A stretch of 64,000 nucleotides of DNA from Eledone cirrhosa (taxonomy: Eukaryota). The notes beneath the pieces were generated by a model. That model saw only the letters and a program-made list of their open reading frames with translations. It had not been told where the DNA came from and searched no databases. Shown here piece after piece: positions 40,545 through 51,899 of this stretch; position 1 is the stretch's first letter; each line of letters begins with the position of its first letter. Location of the stretch: contig OZ024752.1 of assembly GCA_964016885.1 (NCBI GenBank), forward strand, positions 42,098,001 through 42,162,000. The letters are read 5' to 3'. The position numbers and the translations under genes were made by a program.

Positions 40545-41175
40545 GGTGTCCTCATTTTGGTTGTTATAGTCACAGCATTTCAGTTGTTCTACCCTCTGGC
40601 CATCTTCAGAGGTATTACTGTTACTATACAACTGATATATTCAGACTAGTGTCCTCATCTTGGTTGTTATAGTTACAACATTTCAGTTGTTCTACCCTCT
40701 GGCCATCTTCAAAGGAATTACCACTACTATACAACTGATAAATTGAGCTGTTCTACCCTCTGGCCATCTTCAAAGGTATTACCACTACTATACAACAGAT
40801 ATCTTCAGACTGGTGTCCTCAGCTTGGTTGTTATAGTCACAACATTTCAGTTGTTCTACCCTCTGGCCATCTTCAGAGGAATTACTGTTACTATAATGTA
40901 TAATAATTAAAGTTCTTCTGCCAGAAAGTACAACAGTGGAAACGTTGTGACTATAAAAACCAAGATGAATATATCAGTGTATAATAACAATATTTCCTCT
41001 GAAGATGGTCAGAGGGTAAAACAACTGTGAAACATTGTGATTATAACAACCAAGATGAAGAAACCAATTAATGTATATTAAATACAACAGGCACCTAAAG
41101 AAGGCTGAAGAGTACTAGAGTTAAAATGGTGCGACTATAACAATGAAAATGAGGACATGAGTCTAAATAAATCAG
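40545..41175. repeat. ~103-bp tandem repeats, ~4 in one orientation then ~3 inverted, just downstream of the TYW2 stop
   Basis: ttggttgttatagtcacaacatttcagttgttctaccctctggccatcttcagagg versus cctctgaagatggtcagagggtaaaacaactgtgaaacattgtgattataacaaccaag. Confidence 0.8.
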
Positions 41176-41200
41176 TTTATATTAATAAATTCAATTGTGT

Positions 41201-41872
41201 CTAATAGTTCATGCCTGCATGAGTAAATGTTTCTGCTGGCCGACATTCAAGATCCAATACTAAGTGATCAATATGAGGAGCATAAGGCTTGACATGTTCA
41301 ATATGTTTAACAATAGTTGCCCATGGCTTGCAGTGTAATTCTTCTAGAATATGTCTGATTGATGCCGCTACGTCTGTGGCCCATTCTTCCCATTTTTCCT
41401 GCCGTTGTAAATGTCTTTCACTTAAAGGTCGGTCGGAATTGAGAGTTTCATAGATTTTTATGATGTCACCTTCCTCAGAGTCTGTAGTGGAATTGTCTTC
41501 AGTGGAATATTTACCAAAGTCACTTGGAAGATATGATTGTCTTGGAATGCTACTGGTACCACCACCACTACTACTACTAATATTTCCACCACTGCCACTG
41601 CCACAGTGTTGGTTTAAGTTTCGGTAAAGAGGTAACGATGGAGTTTGGCCCTGTAATGTGGCAGAAAGTTCTGCAGCAGCTTCTGCAGCTCGATTCTGTA
41701 TTCTCATTCGGATCTCTTCACTTTTATTATTTGATGCGGTCGAAACATTCTCATGGATATGTAACATGCCACCAATGTCACTCTTCAGAGACAAACAGGC
41801 TGGGAGCCAACCTTCTCTGCTGCTTGGTAACAACCCAAGATTCACTCTGTCAGCAACTCCATGGGGGCACAC
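41201..41872 (-). CDS. TRMT12: tRNA wybutosine-synthesizing protein 2, terminal exon
   Basis: VCPHGVADRVNLGLLPSSREGWLPAC...GGMLHIHENV...HIEHVKPYAPHIDHLVLDLECRP; cag acceptor, phase 0. Confidence 0.93.
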   Translation of the reverse strand: MCPHGVADRVNLGLLPSSREGWLPACLSLKSDIGGMLHIHENVSTASNNKSEEIRMRIQNRAAEAAAELSATLQGQTPSLPLYRNLNQHCGSGSGGNISSSSGGGTSSIPRQSYLPSDFGKYSTEDNSTTDSEEGDIIKIYETLNSDRPLSERHLQRQEKWEEWATDVAASIRHILEELHCKPWATIVKHIEHVKPYAPHIDHLVLDLECRPAETFTHAGMNY

Positions 41873-42216
41873 CTGGTACAAAGGAGCAGATATAGTTCTT
41901 TAAAAATACAATCAAAATAATTATCATCAAACATTTTAACATTTTCACAGCTACGGTAGGGGTTAAAGTTAGCCTTACAGGCCTTCATGGGATTCTATTT
42001 GAAGCAATGTTTTACAACCAGATGCCTTTTGTGATGACTAACCTTTTGGTTGCCTCTCATAAAAAAACAAATTAAATCACTATTTTAAGTAGAAAAGTAA
42101 GAGACATTGTAATTCTTTAAAAAAACCCAAACGAAATCATCATTATATTAAATGCTTTAAGACTAATTTCTCTACTAGAACTGGGATTAGCTTTACAGAT
42201 CCTCAACGGGTTCATT

Positions 42217-42422
42217 TTAACCCTTTAGCATTTAAATCAGCCATATCCGACCAGAATTCTCTCACCTCTTTCTGTTCTAACTGGCAGCTCATACTGATAT
42301 TCAGGTGTCGTTCTCAAAATAAATAATATCAAAATCTCATAGATTCAATATTATGTGAGGTAAAGCTTTTACCACAAAAATACAATAGTAAATATAGAAT
42401 AATGTAAATGTTAAAGGGTTAA
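42217..42422. mobile_element. piggyBac-like MITE (~200 bp)
   Basis: TTAA-CCCTTTAGCATTTA ... TAAATGTTAAAGGG-TTAA. Confidence 0.8.
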
Positions 42423-42867
42423 GGCAGTGTTTTGCAGCTGGTTTCCCTTCCTGGCATCAACCCTTTTAGATATTTCTTATAAAAGAAACAAAACTCCTTT
42501 CACTTGTATTTCCATTGCTGATACTATCTGCTGGTAACAACTGTTGGCAGAGGGATTAGAGGGGGAGGGGTGAACTTATAACACCCAGGACAGGATCAGA
42601 TACTGCGCAGCAAACCCTGAATCACTTTAACAGTTTTGCTAATCCACCAATCAACCACCACCCTGGACTGATTGAGACTTTATTTATCAACTCTGAAATG
42701 ATGAAAAGCAAAGCTGACCACAGCTAGATTTGAACAGATACTAAAGTATTTAAACTGGCCGTATCTGGCCAGAATTCTCTCACCTCTTTCTGTTCAAACT
42801 GGCCACTCATACTGACTTTGAGGTATTGTTCTCAAAATAAATAATATCAAAATCTCATAGATTCAAT

Positions 42868-44480
42868 ATTATGTGAGATAATTATGTGAGATAAAGCCTT
42901 TACTGTGAAACTACAATAGTATATATAGAATAATGTAAATGTTATGTGAGATATTATGTTAGGTAAAGCCTTTACCGTGAAACTACAATAGTATATATAG
43001 AGCAATGTAAATGTTATGTGAGATATTATGTGAGGTAAAGCCTTTACTGTGAAAATACAATAGTATATATAGAGCAATGTAAATATTATGTGAGGTAAAG
43101 CCTTTACCGTGAAACTACAATAGTATATATAGAGCAATGTAAATATTATGTGAGGTAAAGCCTTTATTGTGGAAATACAATAGTATATATAGAGCAATGT
43201 GAGATATTATGTTAGGTAAAGCCTTTACCGTGAGACTACAATAGTATATATAGAGCAATGTAAATATTATGTGAGGTAAAGCCTTTACCGTGAAACTACA
43301 ATAGTATATATAGAGTAATGTAAATATTATGTGAGGTAAAGCCTTTACCGTGAAACTACAATAGTATATATAGAGCAATGTGAGATATTATGTTAGGTAA
43401 AGCCTTTACCGTAAAACTACAATAGTATATATAGAGCAATGTGAGATATTATGTTAGGTAAAGCCTTTACCGTGAAACTACAATAGTATATATAGAGCAA
43501 TGTGAGATATTATGTTAGGTAAAGCCTTTACCGTGAGACTACAATAGTATATATAGAGCAATGTGAGATATTATGTGAGGTAAAGCCTTTACCGTGAGAC
43601 TACAATAGTATATATAGAGCAATGTAAATATTATGTGAGGTAAAGCCTTTACCGTGAAACTACAATAGTATATATAGAGCAATGTGAGATATTATGTTAG
43701 GTAAAGCCTTTACCGTGAAACTACAATAGTATATATAGAGCAATGTAAATATCATGTGAGGTAAAGCCTTTACTGTGGAAATACAATAGTATATATAGAG
43801 CAATGTAAATATTATGTGAGGTAAAGCCTTTACTGTGGAAATACAATAGTATATATAGAGCAATGTAAATATTATGTGAGGTAAAGCCTTTACTGTGGAA
43901 ATACAATAGTATATATAGAGCAATGTAAATATTATGTGAGGTAAAGCCTTTACTGTGGAAATACAATAGTATATATAGAGCAATGTAAATATTATGTGAG
44001 GTAAAGCCTTTACTGTGGAAATACAATAGTATATATAGAGCAATGTAAATATTATGTGAGGTAAAGCCTTTATTGTGGAAATACAATAGTATATATAGAG
44101 CAATGTGAGATATTATGTTAGGTAAAGCCTTTACCGTGAAACTACAATAGTATATATAGAGCAATGTGAGATATTATGTTAGGTAAAGCCTTTACCGTGA
44201 GACTACAATAGTATATATAGAGCAATGTAAATATTATGTGAGGTAAAGCCTTTATTGTGGAAATACAATAGTATATATAGAGCAATGTGAGATATTATGT
44301 TAGGTAAAGCCTTTACCGTGAAACTACAATAGTATATATAGAGCAATGTGAGATATTATGTTAGGTAAAGCCTTTACCGTGAGACTACAATAGTATATAT
44401 AGAGCAATGTAAATATTATGTGAGGTAAAGCCTTTACTGTGGAAATACAATAGTATATATAGAGTAATGTAAATGCTAAA
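42868..44480. repeat. 60/61-bp minisatellite amplified from the interior of the piggyBac-like MITE
   Basis: atattatgtgaggtaaagcctttaccgtgaaactacaatagtatatatagagcaatgtaa, ~26 copies; MITE body begins ~42748. Confidence 0.9.
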
Positions 44481-44560
44481 CTATTAATCCAATATCCTAA
44501 TGACTCTGTTAGTTCACTGAAACTAAGTCTTATATATCTATATATATAATGAGAACTTAC

Positions 44561-44718
44561 TTTCTTATTATCTCCAAAATGTATGATACAACGATCTTCT
44601 ACTTTGTTGAGCTTGAGATTTTCTCTAAGAGCATGTATTGCATCAGGGTTCCACTCACAGGCATGGACCATACTGGCTTTGGCATGGACAAGGTAGGGCA
44701 GAGTAAAATAACCAATAC
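44561..44718 (-). CDS. TRMT12: TYW2 exon
   Basis: GIGYFTLPYLVHAKASMVHACEWNPDAIHALRENLKLNKVEDRCIIHFGDNKK; ag/gt boundaries, phases match. Confidence 0.93.
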
Positions 44719-45059
44719 CTACAGAGACGATGGAATCAAACAGTTAACAATAAACGAGTTTTGTATTGTAGTAACCAGAGGGAGTTTCAAGAGGTTTTGT
44801 ATGAAAAGGGTTAATCTGACATAATGTAACAAAGGTTCTCAGAAAATTATTATTGAAGGTTTTTATATGAATGTAAACACTTTAACTTGTTGACCGTCGC
44901 GTAAATTTTACACAGCTACAGTTGCTGTACTGGTTTTCTTTTCAGTAAAATGACTATTTCTTTAAATAAACATTTATTAACAACACATATCTGAATAATT
45001 AGTTAATTAGTTTGGACACTAAACTCTGCCAGTTGCAGACTGCGCATCAACATCAGATA

Positions 45060-45280
45060 TTTTTCTCCGCAAAGTCGATCACCAACAGTTTAAAGAGCAA
45101 ATATCAAGTCCAGTCCATTAGTTGACATTATTAAGCCATCGTTTTGGCTGCTGGCCTCTGCTTCTCTTACCAGCCAAATTTCCTTCCAGGCATAACCTAC
45201 TCACACCACGAGTTGATCTTTTTATATGACCGTATAGTTTGAGTGTTCTTGACTTGACAATTGATGTAATGATTGACAAA
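45060..45280 (-). mobile_element. RTE-clade LINE C-terminal remnant
   Basis: Minus frame VKSRTLKLYGHIKRS...LEGNLAGKRSRGQQPKRWL. Confidence 0.65.
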
Positions 45281-45589
45281 CATCAAATCAATAAACTAGT
45301 AACCCCATCTAAGCTTTGAAGTTATGAACTGTTGGAAAAGAATTCAAACATGTTAGGACGAGTTATCTCATCTGTGGCACTGGAATGCTAACATGTTAGG
45401 ACGAGTTATCTCATCTGTGGCACTGGAATGCTTACATGTTAGGATGAGTTATCTTGCCTATGGCACTGAAGAGGTAAAAAGAGACACACAGTATATTATC
45501 TCAAACCCAGGGGTGATTTCAGGCAGTTTGGTATGAAAAGAGTTTAAGAGACAAGCCTAGTGAAGCATGACTTGTGTTGTGTAGATGTA

Positions 45590-46566
45590 TCTAGATCATT
45601 GTATAAAACTTACCACTGTAGAGATCAACTATAGTTGTAGCTAATATATTGTATAAACAACTGTAGTTGTAGCTAGACCATTGTATAAAACTTACCACTG
45701 TAGAGATCAACTATAGTTGTAGCTAATATATTGTATAAACAACTGTAGTTGTAGCTAGATCATTGTATAAAACTTACCACTGTAGAGATCAACTGTAGTT
45801 GTAGCTAATATATTGTATAAACAACTGTAGTTGTAGCTAATATATTGTATAAACAACTGTAGTTGTAGCTACATCATTGTATAAAACTTACCACTGTAGA
45901 GATCAACTATAGTTGTAGCTAATATATTGTATAAACAACTGTAGTTGTAGCTAGATCATTGTATAAAACTTACCACTGTAGAGATCAACTATAGTTGTAG
46001 CTAATATATTGTATAAACAACTGTAGTTGTAGCTAGATCATTGTATAAAACTTACCACTGTAGAGATCAACTATAGTTGTAGCTAATATATTGTATAAAC
46101 AACTGTAGTTGTAGCTAGATCATTGTATAAAACTTACCACTGTAGAGATCAACTATAGTTGTAGCTAATATATTGTATAAACAACTGTAGTTGTAGCTAG
46201 ATCATTGTATAAAACTTACCACTGTAAAGATCAACTATAGTTGTAGCTAATATATTGTATAAACAACTGTAGTTGTAGCTAGATCATTGTATAAAACTTA
46301 CCACTGTAAAGATCAACTATAGTTGTAGCTAATATATTGTATAAACAACTGTAGTTGTAGCTAGATCATTGTATAAAACTTACCACTGTAAAGATCAACT
46401 ATAGTTGTAGCTAATATATTGTATAAACAACTGTAGTTGTAGCTAGATCATTGTATAAAACTTACCACTGTAGAGATCAACTATAGTTGTAGCTAATATA
46501 TTGTATAAACAACTGTAGTTGTAGCTAGATCATTGTATAAAACTTACCACTGTAGAGATCAACTAT
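45590..46566. repeat. 82-bp minisatellite (50+32 subunits) containing the TYW2 exon end and donor site
   Basis: cttaccactgta at 45609, 45691, 45773, 45887, 45969, 46051, 46133, 46215, 46297, 46379, 46461, 46543. Confidence 0.95.
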
Positions 46567-46657
46567 GGTTTCATGACGACAGTCAAATGTTGATATTCGT
46601 AGCTTCTCAGTGATATTGCCAGCACTCAACATACATTTGGTGACATCATAGTGGTAG
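46548..46657 (-). CDS. TRMT12: TYW2 exon
   Basis: YHYDVTKCMLSAGNITEKLRISTFDCRHETIVDLYSG (start of SAM motif I); ag/gt boundaries. Confidence 0.93.
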
Positions 46658-46872
46658 CTGGGGGATGAAAAAAGTGGAATATATATATATATGTAAAAGG
46701 TAAACGGAAATAACAAAACAAAGGGCACAGTATAGCAGGAAGAGGGTCTTAACATTTCGGACGCTAGTCCTTCATCAGAAGAAAGAATGAAAACAATTAG
46801 AAAGATTGAGGGGACAGGCAGGGCAGAATCTGAAAAAAATTATTTTAGAGAAAAATAACAGGTCCACTCATG

Positions 46873-46949
<77 letters not shown>

Positions 46950-47131
46950 TAAAATAACAGATTAAAGTTTAAGCAAAGAGCTGCTTTCACCATTAACGGG
47001 ATCTTCTGAAACTCATATTTCCTCTACGGTTCTTATATACCTGATATATCATCATCATCATCATCATCATCGTTTAACGTCCATCTTCCACGCTAGCATG
47101 GGTTTGGATCCTTATCGAGCCCTCTTTGGAT

Positions 47132-47162
<31 letters not shown>

Positions 47163-47274
47163 ATATATATGTGAGAAATTTGGGACCCTGACAGGTGAGC
47201 TCAGCTGTCGGGGTCCCAAATTTTTCATATTACCTACTCTATTACCCCAAGTATCGAGTACTCTGGTGAGTAAT

Positions 47275-47622
47275 GGAGGCACATGGCTTAGTGGTTAGAA
47301 CATTGGCCTTGCAATCGAAAGGTCGTGAGTTCAATCCTCAGACCGGGTTATGTGTTGTTTCCTTGAGCAAGACACTTTATTTCACATTGCTCCAGTTTAA
47401 TCAGCTGTAGAAAGGAGATGATAGGGACTGGGGTCCCTATCATTCCACTGCAAAGTGGTCGTGGAGGTGCCACGGCAAAAAAGCACCCAGCACTCACTGT
47501 AAATGAGGTTGGTGTTAGGAAGGGCATCCAGCTGTAGAAATCAAGCCAGCATCAGTTCCCGTCCCACCCTTGCAAGCAGGGAAAAAGTGGACGTAAAAGG
47601 AAATGATGAAATGATGATGATG
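47275..47622 (+). mobile_element. tRNA-derived SINE, second family, with (ATG)n tail
   Basis: A box tggcttagtgg, B box gagttcaatcc; same family at 39580-39926, 55360-55550 and 63368-63630. Confidence 0.85.
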
Positions 47623-47680
47623 ATATATATATACACACATATATGTATATATACACTAGACATAATTAAACAGAACTTAC

Positions 47681-47831
47681 CGTATGCCATTGTCAACGTG
47701 TCTCACCCAACCGTTGTTACCCACAAGTAAAGTAACCTGAGGTCTCCTGTAGTCATTATTTAAAATCACTTCTTTCCTCGCCAGCCGTTTACATTGTAGA
47801 CAATTGCAAATGGCTTCCCACAGTTTCACAC
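47681..47831 (-). CDS. TRMT12: TYW2 exon
   Basis: VKLWEAICNCLQCKRLARKEVILNNDYRRPQVTLLVGNNGWVRHVDNGIR; ag/gt boundaries, phases match. Confidence 0.92.
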
Positions 47832-47889
47832 CTGAAATATCAATATAGTTTAGATATCAAGCAATTTATTTATATTATAATTAACAGTG

Positions 47890-48510
47890 AGGGTGATGGT
47901 TTGGCAGTATTGATAGAGGGTCGGACGCCATGATTGGCAGTATCGGTAGAGGGTCGGACGCCATGATTGGCAGTATCGGTAGAGGGTCGGACGCCATGAT
48001 TGGCAGTATCGGTAGAGGGTCGGACGCCATGATTGGCAGTATCGGTAGAGGGTCGGACGCCATGATTGGCAGTATCGGTAGAGGGTCGGACGCCATGATT
48101 GGCAGTATCGGTAGAGGGTCGGACGCCATGATTGGTAGTATCGGCAGAGGGTCGGACGCCATGATTGGCAGTATCGGTAGAGGGTCGGACGCCATGATTG
48201 GCAGTATCGGTAGAGGGTCGGACGCCATGATTGGCAGTATCGGTAGAGGGTCGGACGCCATGATTGGCAGTATCGGTAGAGGGTCGGACGCCATGATTGG
48301 CAGTGTCGGCAGAGGGTCGGACGACATGATTGGCAGTATCGGTAGAGGGTCGGACGCCATGCTTTGATACATGGAGTTACGGCCCTTGCCATTCTGAGTT
48401 CAAATCCCGCCGAGGTTAACTTTGCCTTTCATCCTTACGGGGGTCGATAAAATAAAGTACCAGTAATGCACTGGGATAATTGCTGGCCTTGTGCCAAAAG
48501 TAGAAACAAT
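47890..48510 (+). mobile_element. SINE whose 33-bp head segment is amplified 14 times (47899-48360)
   Basis: gattggcagtatcggtagagggtcggacgccat x14, then the normal body with B box gagttcaaatcc. Confidence 0.9.
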
Positions 48511-48791
48511 TATAATTAACAGTGATTAATAAACAGATTATGATCAATATTCATGCTAACATTTGCAGCTGCACACTCACTATATCAGTGCAGTCCATGC
48601 ACATCAAAATGTTGCTGCATAAATCAAAATTAACACACACATAATTCAGAAACTTTTTGGGGGAACCCCTAAAGTCTAATACTGTTATATAGTCGTAATA
48701 TAAATATACTCCTCTACCTTTTTCATAGAACCCTAGACACTCTTCTACAGAACCCTTGGGTTCTGTGGGACCCACTTTGGGAATCACTGGA

Positions 48792-49235
48792 TTAACCTTT
48801 TAGCATTTACATTACTCTATATATACTATGGTATTTTTATAGTAAAAGCTTTATCTTATATAAATATCTCACATAATATTAAATCTATGAGATTTTGATA
48901 TTATTTATTTTGAGAACAATACCTTAACATCAGTATGAGTGACCAGTTACGGCCAGTTTGAACAGAAAGAGGTGAGAGAATTCTAGCTGATTTAACCCTT
49001 TAGCATTTAAACCGGCCATATCCAGCTAGAATTCTCTCACCTCTTTCTGTTCACACTGGCTGTACCTGGCTGCTCATACTGATGTTAAGGTATTGTACTC
49101 AAAATAAATAACATCAACATTTCATAGATTCGATATTATGATAGATCAGTATGTAAGGTAAAGCTTTTACCATGAAAATATAATAGTAAATATAGAGTAA
49201 TGTAAATGCTAAAGGGTTAAAAGCCAAAGGGTTAA
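48792..49235. mobile_element. Two piggyBac-like MITEs, one inserted in the other in opposite orientation
   Basis: Reverse copy 48792-48991; forward copy TTAA 48992-49220; residual aaagggttaa ends at 49235. Confidence 0.75.
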
Positions 49236-49270
49236 AGACATTAGACAATATAATAATTGAAGCTGCTTAC

Positions 49271-49641
49271 CAAACTGGGCCCAAATTTCATGCTTGAAAG
49301 AATTCTTTGGTAGCATGATTAGATCTTCGTGCCATTCCCATCTCTTGGCAATATCCAGTTCCAGTTCCTTGTTGAGAATATATCCATGATCTGTGAGAAG
49401 TTTCTCCAATCCCTGGATCAACAGTTGATATGGTGAACGAAGTAAGGAACGTTTTGATGGCACCATCTTCACCATTTTTAATTCAAAGTTGTCACAGCCA
49501 TCGCCAAGACTGAAATAATCCGAGAGGGTCTTGTGCAATAGTTCTTGCTCCACAGACAGAAGTGGAATGGCAACTCGGTCTGACTCCAGATGCTTCAAGC
49601 GGAATTTGACATCAATCAAACATTTATTCTCTAGGAACTGT
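49271..49641 (-). CDS. TRMT12: TYW2 exon (N-terminal part; 5' boundary uncertain)
   Basis: QFLENKCLIDVKFRLKHLESDRVAIPLL...KRWEWHEDLIMLPKNSF; donor gtaagc; acceptor-like tract at ~49642, but an in-frame ATG also lies at 49712. Confidence 0.85.
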
Positions 49642-50064
49642 CTGGAATTGGAAAATAAAAACAAAACGACATGATTATATCTTTTTCCATTCAGTGAGTG
49701 TATATGCTCCATTGTTAGACTTTATTATTCAGTCAAAAATATTACAGCAAAGCTTCTATTTCTATTTCAATACCAAACTTCACTCGCCATGTTCCAAACA
49801 TACTTCCTTTGTTTGGGCTGGCCGTCGAAGAAACAACACCATGCGTTTGGCCGGCCCCCCTGTATCAAGAAAAGAAAATCTTTTTGGGGGATATTATTGG
49901 ATTTTTCCAAATTTAAAGGGTTTTTTTTTAGGAACTTTCAATGTTTATTTTAGATTTTGCAATCTGAAGAGGTGAGGTTATCATAGCTGATTGTCCTCGG
50001 TGAAATATGAATATCGGAGTTTTAAATAAACCTGAATCAACTGATTATAGCCTCTGATCTTTTA

Positions 50065-50117
<53 letters not shown>

Positions 50118-50452
50118 AATTGAACGGGAACAAAACAGAGAGGCAGTACGAACAAAGGTTTATTAATTTCACGCTCTTGAGAGTGGGGTGGTGGTGGGGA
50201 ACGACGTTTCGGGCATAAGCCCTTCTTCAGGTGAAAAGTGTGTGGGAAGAGAGTTCAAAGGGTGTGTAGGGGAGTGGTGGAGAGACATATAGCAAAAAGG
50301 GGGTGAGAGGAAACGGTGCAAATATATATATATATAACAAACAAAGAGGGTGTGGTAAGATACTAGGTGGACCATGACGCACCAGAGTACTCTAGGTGCG
50401 AAAACGGCCGGGGCTCAGACGTCGGGGACCTAACTCTTTTCATATATATATA

Positions 50453-50484
<32 letters not shown>

Positions 50485-50922
50485 GTCTTTAATGCGCCGA
50501 AATACCACCGATAATCAGCAGACTACTGATGAGGACATTTTATCCCTTGGTCTATTTTTATTCATATATATATATATATATATATATATAATGAAGGAAA
50601 TGTGGTAAGGAACCAGGTGGACCATAAGTGTCCAGAATTAGCCGTCGAAACGGCTTGAGCTCAGCCGTCGGGGTCCTACTCATTCCTATATATATATATA
50701 TATATATATATAGGCGCGTGGCTGAGTGGTTAGAGAATTAGATTTACAATTGTGAGGTTGTTTGATTCCTGGACCGGGCGATGCGTTATGTCCTTGAGCA
50801 AGACACTTTATTTCACATTGCTCCTTCTACCTGGAGTTGCGACCAATAGATAGTATTACCAATATGAAAGACCAACGTAAACATTGTTTCCTCGGTCCGA
50901 TTTGAAGAAAGTAGATCAACTG

Positions 50923-50967
<45 letters not shown>

Positions 50968-51218
50968 GGAAAAGTATGAAACGTAATTTCATTTCTCACT
51001 CTTAGTACGGCTGATACTTCAGTGTCAGTGTTGAGCAAAAAGGCGACGATGGTTGCCTGAACACTGTACGGCGTAATTCGGGCTGTTTGTTTACAAACAA
51101 ACCGAACATTATAATAAATGTTTGGTAAACCCATACGTACATATATATATATGTGTGCATGTATATATATATGTATGTACGTGTACATACATACTTACAC
51201 TTATATATATATATATAT

Positions 51219-51345
51219 ATAGGAACGAGTAGGACCCCGACGGCTGAGCTCAAGCCGTTTCGACAGCTAATTGTGGACTAAATTAGTCCAGAATTAGCTG
51301 TCGAAACGGCTTGAGCTCAGCCGTCGGAGTCCTACTCGTTCCTAT
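51219..51345. repeat. Near-perfect palindrome (~63-bp arms) of a dispersed repeat
   Basis: ataggaacgagtaggaccccgacggctgagctcaagccgtttcgacagctaatt...; related single arms at ~50390-50440 and ~50630-50690. Confidence 0.85.
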
Positions 51346-51899
51346 TACCCACTCTACTACCCTAAGTATTGAGTACTTTGGTGCGTTATGGTCCACCTGG
51401 TTCCTTACCACATTTCCTCCGTTATATATATATATAGTGGTCATGTAGGTGTCATGACAAAAAGCGCCCAGTCCACACAGTAAATGTGGATGGCGTTAAA
51501 ACGTGCATCCACCATAGAAACCAAGCCAAAATCAGTCCTGTATGAGCAAGACAACAACAACAACCACTACTACTACTACTACTACTACTTTCTTCATACC
51601 CTGAAAAAAACCCCCAAAAAACAGGGAGTAAAATATTGGAATGTATGTCAAATGAAATTTAATAGCTGAATTATAATTTAAAATAAATTACATTTCTGGT
51701 AGAATTAAAATTCAAAGAGATTTCCTCTCCCCTGTTTTATTTATCTATTTTTTTATTTTTTTCAATGTTGCGGGGGGGGGGGGGTGAAGGGAGGGAGAGA
51801 TATGGGGGGGGGGGGGGGGGGGGTAATGGTGTTGTTGTTGGTGTTGGGGGTAACCAAAGGTTGGTTGAAAAGAATCATTTTGACATTAGCATCTGGTCT

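Noticed and set aside
36272-41201. Functional coupling of the 7SL array with TYW2 or SLC5
   Set aside because: Adjacency alone is no evidence in a eukaryote, and no shared elements were seen
47850-48392. Repeat proteins (WRPTLYRYCQS, MASDPLPILPI)
   Set aside because: Artefact of a 33-bp SINE-derived repeat in an intron
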